Origin: Brevundimonas vancanneytii
GTDB taxonomy: Bacteria > Pseudomonadota > Alphaproteobacteria > Caulobacterales > Caulobacteraceae
Direction: 5' to 3'
NCBI GenBank assembly: GCA_943367565.1
Contig: CALRJO020000017.1
Coordinates: 20,681-44,680 of the forward strand
Length of the DNA: 24,000 bases
Each line of letters starts with the position of its first letter. Within the stretch, counting starts at the first letter, position 1. The position numbers and the translations under genes are program-made. The notes beneath the pieces are model-generated. The model saw only the letters and a program-made list of their open reading frames with translations. It did not search any database and was not told the DNA's origin. Shown piece by piece: positions 1-9,123 of this stretch.

Positions 1-22
1 ATTTCACTCACGGAGAAGGCCC

Positions 23-1555
23 ATGCCTGTCACCGACGCCCGAACCTTGCCTGACGCCAGCCTGATTGAGGGCGACATCATCATCATAGGCGGTGGTATG
101 GCCGGCCTTGCCATCGCCCACGAGTTCGCCGGAAGCCGCGCCCGTATCGTCGTGCTGGAGAGCGGCGGGCCCGAACCCGACCTCGAGCTTCAGGCCCTGT
201 ATGCCGGGACCGGCGTCATGTCGGGACCCGGCGAGCCCGACCTGCCCATCAACGACTATCTCGCCCAGTCGCGCGTCCGGGCGCTGGGAGGGTCGGGCCA
301 CGTCTGGGGCGGCAAATGCGGCCCGCTGGACGCCGTCGACTTCGCTCGCCGTCCCTCGGTCGCGCTCAGCGGCTGGCCCTTCGGCCGGACCGAGCTCAAA
401 CCCTTCTATGACCGCGCCTGCGACCGGCTGAAACTGCCCCGCTTCCCCGCCGACGCAGGTCCGCCCGATGGCCCGATCCTGCCCTCCGTCGGCAGCCCCG
501 ACGGCGCCCTGCGCCCGTCGCCCCGCGCCTACAGCCCGGTGTCCGGCAGGGTCGACCCGGTCACCTTCGCCGCCTTCCGCGACGCGCCCGGCCAGGCTCC
601 CAACGTCCACGTCCACACACACGCCAATGTCACCGACATCCGCCTGACCGCCGACGGAGCCGTCGACCGGCTCGAGGTCCGCTGCCTGACCGGAACCCGC
701 CACGCGGCTCGCGCCGGGGCGTATGTCCTCGCCACCGGCGGCGTCGAGAACGCCCGTCTCATGCTGGCCTCGAACCGCGACCGGCCGGAGGGTGTCGGCA
801 ACGTCGCAGGCTGGGTTGGCCGCTGTTTCCAGGGCCACGTCGTCATCACCACCGGCGACAACGACCCGCGCGGCGAGGCCGAGATCGCCTTCACCACCGG
901 CGCCGACCTGTCCCTCTATGACAGTCAGGCCCGGAACCGGCCCCACGCCGTCTTCGTCCTGGCTCCCGAGGTCCAGCAGCGCCTCAACATCGGCAACTGC
1001 ACCCTCACCCTCTCGACCCGCGCCAAGCCCGGCGCCGAGGCGGGCTCGTCCCGAGCCGCCGTCGAACAGCTCGCCGCCGCGGTTGACGGATCGCCCGCGC
1101 GCCGTCTGGACTACTTCCTGATGTCGGAAGAGGAGCCCAATCCCGATAGCCGCATCACCCTGTCGGACCAGACCGACGTCCTCGGCCAGCCCCGCGCCCA
1201 CCTCGAGTGGCGCTATACCCAGGCGGACTGGGACAGCCTCGCCGCCTCCGCCCGCGGGTTCGCCACCGCCTTCGGCGCCCAGGGCCTGGGCCGGATGTGC
1301 TGGCCCGTCGAAAGCGGTCAGATCATCGCCTCCATGGGACCCTCCCGGCACCATATGGGAACCACCCGCATGTCGGTCGCGCCGGACCAGGGCGTCGTCG
1401 ACGCCGACTGCCGCGTTCACGGCGCGCCCAACCTCTACATTGCCGGAAGTTCGGTCTTCCCGACCTCCGGACTCGTCAATCCGACCCTGACCCTTATGGC
1501 CCTGGCCATCCGCCTGGCCGACCATCTCAAGGCCCGTCTGGAGATCGCAAGATGA
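23..1555 (+). CDS. GMC-family FAD-dependent oxidoreductase (sugar/choline dehydrogenase-like large subunit)
   Basis: 510-aa ORF from ATG 23, preceded by GGAGAAGG. N-terminal Rossmann motif IIIIGGGMAGLAIA. C-terminal GMC signature SRHHMGTTRM...VVDADCRVHGAPNLYIAGSSVFPTSG. Confidence 0.85.
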   Translation: MPVTDARTLPDASLIEGDIIIIGGGMAGLAIAHEFAGSRARIVVLESGGPEPDLELQALYAGTGVMSGPGEPDLPINDYLAQSRVRALGGSGHVWGGKCGPLDAVDFARRPSVALSGWPFGRTELKPFYDRACDRLKLPRFPADAGPPDGPILPSVGSPDGALRPSPRAYSPVSGRVDPVTFAAFRDAPGQAPNVHVHTHANVTDIRLTADGAVDRLEVRCLTGTRHAARAGAYVLATGGVENARLMLASNRDRPEGVGNVAGWVGRCFQGHVVITTGDNDPRGEAEIAFTTGADLSLYDSQARNRPHAVFVLAPEVQQRLNIGNCTLTLSTRAKPGAEAGSSRAAVEQLAAAVDGSPARRLDYFLMSEEEPNPDSRITLSDQTDVLGQPRAHLEWRYTQADWDSLAASARGFATAFGAQGLGRMCWPVESGQIIASMGPSRHHMGTTRMSVAPDQGVVDADCRVHGAPNLYIAGSSVFPTSGLVNPTLTLMALAIRLADHLKARLEIAR

Positions 1556-1884
1556 CCACCCTCAGCAAACGCGGCCTGCTCCAGGCCCTCGCCGGCCTCG
1601 CCGCCGTCTCCGTCGCCGGCGTGGTTCACGCCCGCACCCCGGAGATCGCCTCCATCGACGCGGTGGGCGCGGCCGGAATCGGCCGGGCCTGGCTGGCCCT
1701 TCACCCGTCGGACGCCCCGGCCCTGCGCGCGGCGCTCTTCCCCCGCGACCAGCCGGAAGAATCCCTCCCTCGGCTGGCCCGGAGGGTCCAGGCCGACTTC
1801 CAGCGCGGCGACGTCTTCGTCCACAAGGGCTGGTTCCTCTCCGACACCGAAGCCCGGATCTGCGCCCTCATCGCACTCGCCTGA
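1552..1884 (+). CDS. small signal-peptide protein, resembles the small subunit of membrane-bound FAD sugar dehydrogenases
   Basis: Track ORF 1207..1884 trimmed to ATG 1552, which overlaps the GMC stop (ATGA). N-terminus [27 protein letters not shown] is signal/Tat-like. The C-terminal [17 protein letters not shown] recalls the FAD-SLDH small-subunit family (from memory only). Confidence 0.5.
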   Translation: MTTLSKRGLLQALAGLAAVSVAGVVHARTPEIASIDAVGAAGIGRAWLALHPSDAPALRAALFPRDQPEESLPRLARRVQADFQRGDVFVHKGWFLSDTEARICALIALA

Positions 1885-1942
1885 GACATCGTCTGACGTC
1901 CCGGCCTCGAATTCGCGCCGCTTTCGCACTACATGGCGGCCC

Positions 1943-3142
1943 ATGACCCTCGCCGAGGACATCTGCCCGGTTCCGACCATCGCCCGCCCAGACATGGACG
2001 CGGCGGTCGAGGCCGCGCGCGCGGCGGTCGGCCTGCCCGTTGGGTCCCGCGTGGTTGCGGCCATGTCGGGCGGAGTGGACTCCACCGTGGTCGCGGCCCT
2101 GCTGCACAAGGCGGGCTATGACGTGGTGGGGGTGACGCTGCAGCTCTACGACCACGGGGCGGCGTTGAAGAAGAAGGGCGCCTGCTGCGCCGGTCAGGAC
2201 ATCCACGACGCCCGTCTGGCGGCGGAGATGCTGGGCATCCCCCACTATGTCCTCGACTATGAGAGCCGGTTCCGTGACGCCGTCATCGACCAGTTCGCCG
2301 ACTCCTATCTGGCCGGCCAGACGCCGGTGCCCTGCATCCGCTGCAACCAGACGGTCAAGTTCCGCGACCTGCTCGACGTCGCCCGCGACCTGGGGGCCGA
2401 GGCCATGGCCACCGGCCACTATGTTCGTCGCTCGGTCGTCGACGGCCGCCCGCAGATGCGCAAGGCCATCGACCATTCGCGGGACCAGTCCTATTTCCTG
2501 TTCGCCACCACGGCGCCGCAGCTGGACTATCTGCGCTTCCCGCTGGCCGATCTGGAGAAGCCCCAAGTCCGGGGCGTGGCCGCCGAGCTGGGCCTGCGCA
2601 TCGCCGCCAAGCCGGACAGCCAGGACATCTGTTTCGTCCCCAACGGCGACTATCGCACCCTGATCGACAAGCTGCGGCCGCAGGGCCGTGAGGCCGGCGA
2701 TATCGTGCATATGGACGGCCGGGTCCTGGGCGGCCATTCGGGCATCACCGACTACACCATCGGCCAGCGCCGCGGCCTCAACATCGCCGTGGGCGAGCCC
2801 CTGTTCGTGACCCGGCTGGATCCGGTGAAGCGCCATGTCATCGTCGGACCCCGCGAGGCCCTGCTGACGGCGTCGCTGACGCTGGACGAGACCAACTGGC
2901 TGGGCGGCGAGGCTTCGATCGGGGCGGCGGCCGAAGACGGCGCGCCGGTGCTGGCCCGCGTCCGCTCGACCCGTCCCCCCTCCCCCGCCCGCCTGTCGCT
3001 GGCCGAAGGCGCGGTCGCCGTGACCTTCGCGACCGGCGAGGAAGGCGTGGCCCCGGGTCAGGCCTGCGCCCTCTACGACCCGGCCGATCCGGACCGGCTG
3101 CTGGGCGGCGGCTTCATCAAGACGACCACGGCCGTTGTCTGA
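1943..3142 (+). CDS. mnmA: tRNA 2-thiouridine(34) synthase MnmA
   Basis: PP-loop [11 protein letters not shown], catalytic-Cys region [13 protein letters not shown], and DQSYFL. Length of 399 aa is typical. Alternative in-frame start at 1994. Confidence 0.9.
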   Translation: MTLAEDICPVPTIARPDMDAAVEAARAAVGLPVGSRVVAAMSGGVDSTVVAALLHKAGYDVVGVTLQLYDHGAALKKKGACCAGQDIHDARLAAEMLGIPHYVLDYESRFRDAVIDQFADSYLAGQTPVPCIRCNQTVKFRDLLDVARDLGAEAMATGHYVRRSVVDGRPQMRKAIDHSRDQSYFLFATTAPQLDYLRFPLADLEKPQVRGVAAELGLRIAAKPDSQDICFVPNGDYRTLIDKLRPQGREAGDIVHMDGRVLGGHSGITDYTIGQRRGLNIAVGEPLFVTRLDPVKRHVIVGPREALLTASLTLDETNWLGGEASIGAAAEDGAPVLARVRSTRPPSPARLSLAEGAVAVTFATGEEGVAPGQACALYDPADPDRLLGGGFIKTTTAVV

Positions 3143-3707
3143 CGGGTCCGGGGAAGTGCTGGCGCTGGTCTCGCGCACCGGCCTGCCGTCCGAACTCCTT
3201 TATCTGCGCGACGAATTCCCGCGCGACCGCTGGACCTCACAGCTCGACGAGACCGCTGCCTTCTGGCTGCAGATGCACGCCAGCTTCCGAGCGCATCAGG
3301 CCCATATGGACGGGCTGGTCGGCCAGTGGCGGGCGAACGGCGACGCCACGGCCCTGCATCGCCAGCTGATCCCCGCGCTTCAGTCCTTTCTGCAGCACCT
3401 CGACGGCCACCACCGCGTCGAGAGCGGCCAGTATTTCCCGATGATGCGGCGGATCGAGCCGAAGATCGGGGCCGGGATCGACCTGCTGGACCGCGACCAT
3501 GACGCCATCCACGAGACGCTCGAGACGCTGTTCCACGGCGGCCTGGCCTTCCATAGGGCGGTGGTCGCCGACGCTCCTGACGCCGCCGAAAGGGCGCATC
3601 GGCTGTCCGATCTGATCGAGCGCGGCGCCCGCCCGTTGTTGCGCCATCTGGAAGACGAGGAGGACATCGTCATCCCCCTGATCCAGCTGCGCGGTTTGCA
3701 CGACTAG
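3135..3707 (+). CDS. hemerythrin-like (HHE cation-binding) domain protein
   Basis: Repeated H/E metal-ligand motifs: [28 protein letters not shown]. The TTG at 3135 overlaps the mnmA end, so the start is uncertain (GTG near 3156 is possible). Confidence 0.6.
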   Translation: MSDGSGEVLALVSRTGLPSELLYLRDEFPRDRWTSQLDETAAFWLQMHASFRAHQAHMDGLVGQWRANGDATALHRQLIPALQSFLQHLDGHHRVESGQYFPMMRRIEPKIGAGIDLLDRDHDAIHETLETLFHGGLAFHRAVVADAPDAAERAHRLSDLIERGARPLLRHLEDEEDIVIPLIQLRGLHD

Positions 3708-4543
3708 CCGCGGCTGGGCATCAGCTTCCGGCGTTGCCGCACCAGCGCCAGCGGGCGGCCATCCGGCGCATGGGCCACGCCGTCCTCGACCGCCCAGCCG
3801 CCGCCGACGTCGCGGCTGGTGAAGTGGAAATACGCCCAGCCGTCAGGCGACGTTTCCGGGGTCAGCTCGGTCAGCAGGTCGGCGCGGAGATCGACGCTGG
3901 CCGAGATATGCGGCGGCGCCGGGAAGGCGGTGAAATAGGTCGGGTACAGGCCATCCAGCAGGAACAGCAGCCGGGCCTCGTCCAGCGGCGCGGCGTCGGT
4001 GGCGCGCATCCAGCAGCCGAGTTCGGGCGTCCCGCCGGCGTTCTCGCCGAACAATTTTGGGCCCGCCACGAAGCGGTGGTCGATGTGGCGGGTGAACCAG
4101 GGGCCGAAGGCGGGATCGAGCGGCGTCGGCTCCAGCGTATCCACCGGCGGAGGCGAGGCGCTCAGCGGCGTCAGCACGGGCCCGGCGACGTCGCGGCCAA
4201 AGGTGCCGAGCGCCTGGATCGCGGGCCGGTCGCCCTGACCGCCCGTGACCGAGGCATAGCCGACGTTGCGACCGCCGCGGTTCATCGTCGGGGTAAAGAC
4301 GGCGTCCTCGAAGCGGGCGGCGGCGAGATACTGGATGGTCAGCGACTGCAGCGGTGTTTCAATGTCCAGTCCCTGCCGCATCGCCCCGGCGGCGAGGGCC
4401 GCCATCAGGCCGCCGAAGGGCGCGCCGCGTTCCTGCGGCGCCGATTGGGGCGCATTCGAGAAGCCGCCGGTGAGCCGCGCGATCAGGCCGCCGGCGCCGT
4501 CGTTGGTCAGGGACAGGGCTTCGGCCAGGGTCTGCTGGGTCAT
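3704..4543 (-). CDS. acyl-CoA thioesterase, TesB-like double hot-dog (4HBT_3-type) protein
   Basis: 279-aa ORF with GAPFGGLMAALAAGA...NRGGRNVGYASV in the N-terminal half and SVDLRADLL...WAYFHF in the C-terminal half, typical of this family. Its stop overlaps the hemerythrin stop at CTAG 3704..3707. Confidence 0.65.
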   Translation of the reverse strand: MTQQTLAEALSLTNDGAGGLIARLTGGFSNAPQSAPQERGAPFGGLMAALAAGAMRQGLDIETPLQSLTIQYLAAARFEDAVFTPTMNRGGRNVGYASVTGGQGDRPAIQALGTFGRDVAGPVLTPLSASPPPVDTLEPTPLDPAFGPWFTRHIDHRFVAGPKLFGENAGGTPELGCWMRATDAAPLDEARLLFLLDGLYPTYFTAFPAPPHISASVDLRADLLTELTPETSPDGWAYFHFTSRDVGGGWAVEDGVAHAPDGRPLALVRQRRKLMPSRG

Positions 4544-4666
4544 GCGGTGTCGTTAGCTTGGGGAAAGGACGGGCGGAAGACGGGGAGGCCCTCCGCCCGG
4601 AGTCGAGGGGATCGGAAACGCCGCGGCGCGTCCGTAGCCAAACAAGACTGACCTAGTCCGTTCAGA

Positions 4667-4685
4667 TTGGCAACCCTCTTGCCAA
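4667..4685. promoter_or_regulatory. perfect inverted repeat TTGGCAA-N5-TTGCCAA, candidate HxlR operator
   Basis: 7-bp perfect arms at 4667..4673 and 4679..4685, lying 29 nt upstream of the hxlR-type ATG in the divergent spacer shared with the thioesterase gene. Confidence 0.45.
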
Positions 4686-4713
4686 ACGGCTTACGCGGGG
4701 TCACTTTCGTCGC

Positions 4714-5217
4714 ATGGGACGCACCGCAGACTACTCACGCCAGAGCTGTTCGATCGCCGCCACCCTCGAGGTCATCGGCGATCCGTGGACCCTGCTGGTG
4801 ATCCGCGACGCCTTCCAGGGCGTCAGCCGGTTCGAGCAGTGGCAGGAGCGGCTGGGCGTCGCCCGCAATGTTCTGGCGGCCCGGCTGAAAAGCCTGGTCC
4901 AGCACGGGGTGCTGGAGCCGCGGCTGTATTCCGAGCGGCCGCCGCGCAACGAATACGTCCTGACCGCCAAGGGCAAGGATCTGTACGGCGTGCTGGTCAC
5001 CCTGCACGGCTGGGGCGCCAAACACGTCTATGGCGACGCCGAGTCGGGCTTCGCCATGATTCACAAGACCTGCGGTCATGACCTGATCCCCCGCATCGCC
5101 TGCGGCTGCTGCAACGAGATCGTCAAGCCGCGCGACATCGAGCTGACCCGCGTCGGCGCCGGGCCGACCGTGGGCGACATGATGCCGCGCGAGGCCGCCG
5201 GCGAAGCGGCGGCCTGA
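4714..5217 (+). CDS. HxlR-family winged-helix transcriptional regulator with a Cys/His-rich C-terminal extension
   Basis: CSIAATLEVIGDPWTLLVIRDAFQGVSRFEQWQERLGVARNVLAARLKSLVQHGVLE...YVLTAKGKDL is the canonical HxlR core. About 60 extra C-terminal residues contain C120-x-H122 and C130-x-C132-C133. Confidence 0.85.
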   Translation: MGRTADYSRQSCSIAATLEVIGDPWTLLVIRDAFQGVSRFEQWQERLGVARNVLAARLKSLVQHGVLEPRLYSERPPRNEYVLTAKGKDLYGVLVTLHGWGAKHVYGDAESGFAMIHKTCGHDLIPRIACGCCNEIVKPRDIELTRVGAGPTVGDMMPREAAGEAAA

Positions 5218-5220
5218 GCC

Positions 5221-5970
5221 TTGGAGCCCGTCACCATCGTCGGCAATCCGGTTTCGCCCTATGTGCGAAAGGTGCTCGCGGCCTGCGCGCTGAAGGGCGT
5301 CGCGGTGGAGCTGGACCCGCTCGTCGGCATGATGGGCAATGACGATTTCGACCGGATCAGCCCGCTGCGTCGCATTCCCGTCTGGGTCGAGGGCGAGGTG
5401 TCGCTGTGCGACTCCAGCGTCATCGTCCAGTATATCGAGGAGACCAGGCCCGGGCCGTCGCTGTGGCCGGCCGATCCGGTGCAACGGGCCAGGGCGCGCT
5501 GGCTTGAGGAGTTCGCCGACACCCGGCTGTTCGATGTGCTGGGGTGGCGGCTGTTCTTCGAGATCGCCCTGAAGCCCCGGTTCTTCGGCGAGGACGTCGA
5601 CCAGGCGAAGGTCGAGCACGCCCGCGACGTCGAGCTGCCCGGCATCCTGGACTATCTGGAGAGCCAGACGCCCGAGACCGGCTTCCTGTTCGGCGCCCTG
5701 TCGATGGCCGATCTGAGCGTGGCCCCCGCCTTCGTCAACGCGGGGGCGGTGCAGGTGAATGTCGATCCGGCTCGCTGGCCGAAGCTGGCCGCCTGGCTGG
5801 AGCGGGTCGAGGCGGAGACGCCGCTGGGACCGCTGAACGCCCTGGCCCGGGCGCTGATGCGCACGCCGGCGAAGGCGCATCGTGACCGTCTGCCGGAGTT
5901 CGGCATCGTCGCCGCCTCGCGCAGCTGGGCCGGAGACGTGGCCCGCCGCGGCCCGATGACTCCCGCATAG
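5221..5970 (+). CDS. glutathione S-transferase family protein
   Basis: Thioredoxin-like N-domain (NPVSPYVRKVLAACALKGV...ISPLRRIPV...CDSSVIVQYIE) followed by a helical C-domain. TTG start lies 3 nt after the hxlR stop, so an operon is likely. At 249 aa it is longer than typical GSTs. Confidence 0.8.
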   Translation: MEPVTIVGNPVSPYVRKVLAACALKGVAVELDPLVGMMGNDDFDRISPLRRIPVWVEGEVSLCDSSVIVQYIEETRPGPSLWPADPVQRARARWLEEFADTRLFDVLGWRLFFEIALKPRFFGEDVDQAKVEHARDVELPGILDYLESQTPETGFLFGALSMADLSVAPAFVNAGAVQVNVDPARWPKLAAWLERVEAETPLGPLNALARALMRTPAKAHRDRLPEFGIVAASRSWAGDVARRGPMTPA

Positions 5971-6045
5971 GCCGACGCTTGCACGTCACGCTCAAAGAGC
6001 CGATCTAGCCACCCGTTTTTCCAACGCCCTCCCCAAGGTTGCCTC

Positions 6046-7227
6046 ATGTCCGATCCCGTCGTCATCGTCTCCTTCGCCCGCACGCCGATGGGCGGCTTCC
6101 AGGGCGCCCTGTCCGGCGTCAAGGCGACCGAGCTGGGCGCGACGGCCGTTCGCGCCGCTGTCGATCGCGCCGGCATCGCGGCCGAAAAGATCGAGCAAAT
6201 CTATATGGGCTGCGTCCTGCCCGCCGGTCTGGGCCAGGCCCCGGCGCGGCAGGCGGCGATCGGCGCGGGGCTGGGTCAGCATGTCGAGGCGACCACGGTC
6301 AACAAGATGTGCGGCTCTGGCCTGCAGGCGGTGATGATGGCCTCGGACGCCCTGCTGGCCGGCAGCGCCGACGTCATCGTGGCGGGCGGCATGGAGTCGA
6401 TGTCGGGCGCGCCCTACCTCATGACCAAACACCGCGGCGGGGCCCGGATCGGGCACGATATCGTGGTCGACAGCATGTATATGGACGGGCTGGAGGACGC
6501 CTATACGCCCGGCAAGCTGATGGGCGCCTTCGCGGAGGACTCGGCCCGGACCTATCAGTTCACCCGCGAGGCCCAGGACGAATACGCCCTCGAGAGCCTG
6601 AGCCGCGCCCGCGAGGCCATCGCCTCGGGCGCCTTCGAGGCCGAGATCACCCCGGTCGAGGTGACGGGCCGCAAGGGCGTGGTCACGGTCAGCGAGGACG
6701 AACAGCCCGGCAAGGCCATGCCGGAGAAGATCCCGACGCTGAAGCCCGCCTTCTCGAAGGACGGCACCATCACCGCCGCCAACGCCAGTTCGATCTCGGA
6801 CGGGGCGGCGGCGCTGGTGATGACGCGCGAGAGCGTGGCGAAGGCGTTGGGCCTGCCGATCGTCGCCCGCATCGTCAGCCACGCGGCCCACGCCCATGAA
6901 CCGGGCCTGTTCACCACCGCCCCCGTGCCGGCGATGCAGAAGGCGCTCAAGAAGGCCGGCTGGTCCGTTGATGACGTCGACCTGTGGGAGATCAACGAGG
7001 CCTTCGCCGTCGTGGCCATGATCGCCATGCGCGACCTGGGCATCGACCGGGCGAAGCTGAACGTCAACGGCGGCGCCACGGCCCTGGGCCACCCCATCGG
7101 CGCCTCGGGCGCGCGGGTGCTGACCACCCTGCTGGCGGCGCTTCAGGCGCGCGGCGGCCGGAAGGGCGTGGCCAGCCTGTGCATCGGCGGCGGCGAGGCC
7201 GTGGCCGTGGCGGTCGAGCTGGCCTGA
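6046..7227 (+). CDS. acetyl-CoA C-acetyltransferase (thiolase II)
   Basis: Active-site motifs NKMCGSGLQAV, NVNGGATALGHPIGASG and CIGGGEAVAV. 393 aa. Confidence 0.92.
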   Translation: MSDPVVIVSFARTPMGGFQGALSGVKATELGATAVRAAVDRAGIAAEKIEQIYMGCVLPAGLGQAPARQAAIGAGLGQHVEATTVNKMCGSGLQAVMMASDALLAGSADVIVAGGMESMSGAPYLMTKHRGGARIGHDIVVDSMYMDGLEDAYTPGKLMGAFAEDSARTYQFTREAQDEYALESLSRAREAIASGAFEAEITPVEVTGRKGVVTVSEDEQPGKAMPEKIPTLKPAFSKDGTITAANASSISDGAAALVMTRESVAKALGLPIVARIVSHAAHAHEPGLFTTAPVPAMQKALKKAGWSVDDVDLWEINEAFAVVAMIAMRDLGIDRAKLNVNGGATALGHPIGASGARVLTTLLAALQARGGRKGVASLCIGGGEAVAVAVELA

Positions 7228-7312
7228 TCGCATATTGGGTTGTCAAAGACCGGAGCGCGATCTCCCTCCCGGGGCGCTTTCTGAAGCGGCTATGGTGGCA
7301 TAGCCTCGCCTC

Positions 7313-8290
7313 ATGACCCTCAATCGACGCACCGCCCTGGGCCTCGCCGCCCTGGCCGCCACCGCCCGACCCGCCGCCGCGATGACAGCGGTTTCTCAGG
7401 TCGCCCCCGCCGATCCGACGGAGATCATTCGGCTGTGGCCCGGCGCCGCGCCCGGCGGCGAGCGGGTCACCGTGACCCCGCGGGTGACCGAGCGGTCGAC
7501 CGACCCCGCCTTCCACGACCGGTTCGCCCAATACACCACCGACCCGATCCTGACGGTGCTCAGGCCTGCCCGGCCGAACGGGGCGTCCCTGCTGCTGGTC
7601 CCGGGCGGCGGATACAAATGGGCCGTGGTCGACAAGGAAGGGCTGGACTGCGCCCGGGTGTTCGCGGACGCCGGGGTGACCTGTTTCGTCCTGCGCTACC
7701 GCCTGCCCGGCGACGGCTGGGCCGCGGGACCGGACGCGCCGTTGCAGGACGCGCAGAGAGCCCTCCGGTTGGTGCGCTCACAGGCCGCCGCGCACGGTCT
7801 TGATCCGGCGCGGGTCGCCGTCCTCGGCGCCTCGGCGGGCGGGCATCTGGCGGGGATGCTGACGGCCCGCGCCGACACGACCTACGCCGCCGTGGACGAG
7901 GCCGACGCCGTATCGCACCGGCCGGACCTCAGCATCCTGCTGTATCCTGTGGCGACCATGGCCGATCCCCATGTCCATGCCGGATCGCGGCTGGAGCTGC
8001 TGGGCGAGGCGCCGACGGCGGGGGCCATGGAGCGCTATTCGCTGGAGCGTATGGACTGGACGGGACGGCCGCCGACCTTCCTGCTGCATGCCATGGATGA
8101 CGAGGCCGTGCCGGTCGAGAACAGCCTGCAGCTGCTGACGGCGCTGAAGGCCGCGGGCGTGCCGGCGGAAGCGCACCTGTTCCAGGAAGGCGGGCACGGG
8201 TTCGGGATCCGGCTGATCGAGGGGCGCCCGGCGGCGGTCTGGCCGGAGCTGGCCCTGGCGTGGGCGGCGCGGCATGGATTCGAAGGCTAG
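7313..8290 (+). CDS. secreted alpha/beta hydrolase (esterase/lipase-like)
   Basis: Signal/Tat-like N-terminus MTLNRRTALGLAALAATARPAAA. Oxyanion region LLLVPGGGY, nucleophile elbow GASAGGH, and HAMDDEAVP near the C-terminus. Confidence 0.8.
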   Translation: MTLNRRTALGLAALAATARPAAAMTAVSQVAPADPTEIIRLWPGAAPGGERVTVTPRVTERSTDPAFHDRFAQYTTDPILTVLRPARPNGASLLLVPGGGYKWAVVDKEGLDCARVFADAGVTCFVLRYRLPGDGWAAGPDAPLQDAQRALRLVRSQAAAHGLDPARVAVLGASAGGHLAGMLTARADTTYAAVDEADAVSHRPDLSILLYPVATMADPHVHAGSRLELLGEAPTAGAMERYSLERMDWTGRPPTFLLHAMDDEAVPVENSLQLLTALKAAGVPAEAHLFQEGGHGFGIRLIEGRPAAVWPELALAWAARHGFEG

Positions 8291-8523
8291 TCCTCGTCGA
8301 CCGCCGCCAGATCCGCCGGGTCGAAATCGTAATCGAGCAAATCCTTCGGCCGGCATTCCAGCGCGGCGCACAGCTTGGCCAGGGTGCGGAAGCGGATGCC
8401 CTTCACCTTGCCCGAGCGGAACAGGGAGAGCTGGGTCTCGCTGAGCCCCACCTGCTGGGCGAGGTCGCGGGCCTTGAGGCCCTTCTTCACGATCAGCTGG
8501 TCGAGGGTGACGCGGATCGGCAT
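8287..8523 (-). CDS. YozG-type single-domain Cro/C1 (XRE) HTH transcriptional regulator
   Basis: Track ORF 8287..8895 trimmed to the ATG at 8523. The 78-aa product is MPIRVTLDQLIVKKGLKARDLAQQVGLSETQLSLFRSGKVKGIRFRTLAKLCAALECRPKDLLDY. Its start shares one base with the upstream stop (TGATG). Confidence 0.85.
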   Translation of the reverse strand: MPIRVTLDQLIVKKGLKARDLAQQVGLSETQLSLFRSGKVKGIRFRTLAKLCAALECRPKDLLDYDFDPADLAAVDED

Positions 8524-9020
8524 CAGATCATCTCGTCCAGCTCGGCCTGGACCTTGCCGGCCTGTTCGGCCACGCGGCCCAGCAGGAACAGGGCGGCGCC
8601 GATCATGCCCAGGGTCATGCCGGGCACGTCGAAATGCAGATATCCGCCCGTTGTCAGACCGGCGACACGCAGGACATTGGTGACGACAAAGACGCTCAGC
8701 ACCCCGCCGATCCACAGGGCCAGACCCACACGGCGCAGGGCGTCGGCGAGGATCGGCTGGATCAACCGCCCCTTGGCCAACTGCCCCATGGCCTGACCGA
8801 TCGACCAGACCCCGAACAGATAGCAGGCGGCCGGGAGACCCATGAACGCCGTCCGGTAGAAGGTCCGCGGATAGCCCGGCTCGCCCCGGTCCCAAAGAAC
8901 CAACGGGGAGGCCACGTGGATCAGGGTGAGCAGACCGCCGACGCTGATCACCATGAAGATCGCCAGCCAGCGGAATTGCGCGCAGCGCCGGCGGAAGCGG
9001 TCGATGTCGGTCTGGCTCAC
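8523..9020 (-). CDS. DUF2975-type polytopic membrane protein
   Basis: 165 aa with a GTG start and about 4 hydrophobic segments. The acidic C-terminal tail ...AEQAGKVQAELDEMI and translational coupling to a mini-HTH are the usual DUF2975 context. Confidence 0.7.
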   Translation of the reverse strand: MSQTDIDRFRRRCAQFRWLAIFMVISVGGLLTLIHVASPLVLWDRGEPGYPRTFYRTAFMGLPAACYLFGVWSIGQAMGQLAKGRLIQPILADALRRVGLALWIGGVLSVFVVTNVLRVAGLTTGGYLHFDVPGMTLGMIGAALFLLGRVAEQAGKVQAELDEMI

Positions 9021-9123
9021 GGGTCGGTCTCCAGGGTCGAAAGTCTGACTTATTTTTAATCTTGACTTAAAGACGCGCTGTTTGCAACTTTATGTCTTAG
9101 TTAAACGATCATGAGCGCCGACG
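9021..9123. promoter_or_regulatory. AT-rich divergent control region with repeated TGACTTA motifs
   Basis: The most AT-rich spacer I noticed in the window. TCTGACTTA at 9044..9052 and TCTTGACTTA at 9060..9069, with TGACTTA cores 17 nt apart. A degenerate third copy, TCTTAGTTAA, is at 9094..9103. Confidence 0.45.

Noticed and set aside
7288-7305. Perfect 7-bp stem GGCTATG-gtgg-CATAGCC, 7 nt upstream of the hydrolase ATG. A weak AGCGC/GCGCT hairpin with a T-run lies at 7254..7280.
   Set aside because: These are short structures with no conservation evidence available. They could be a thiolase terminator or a translational structure, but either call would be a guess.
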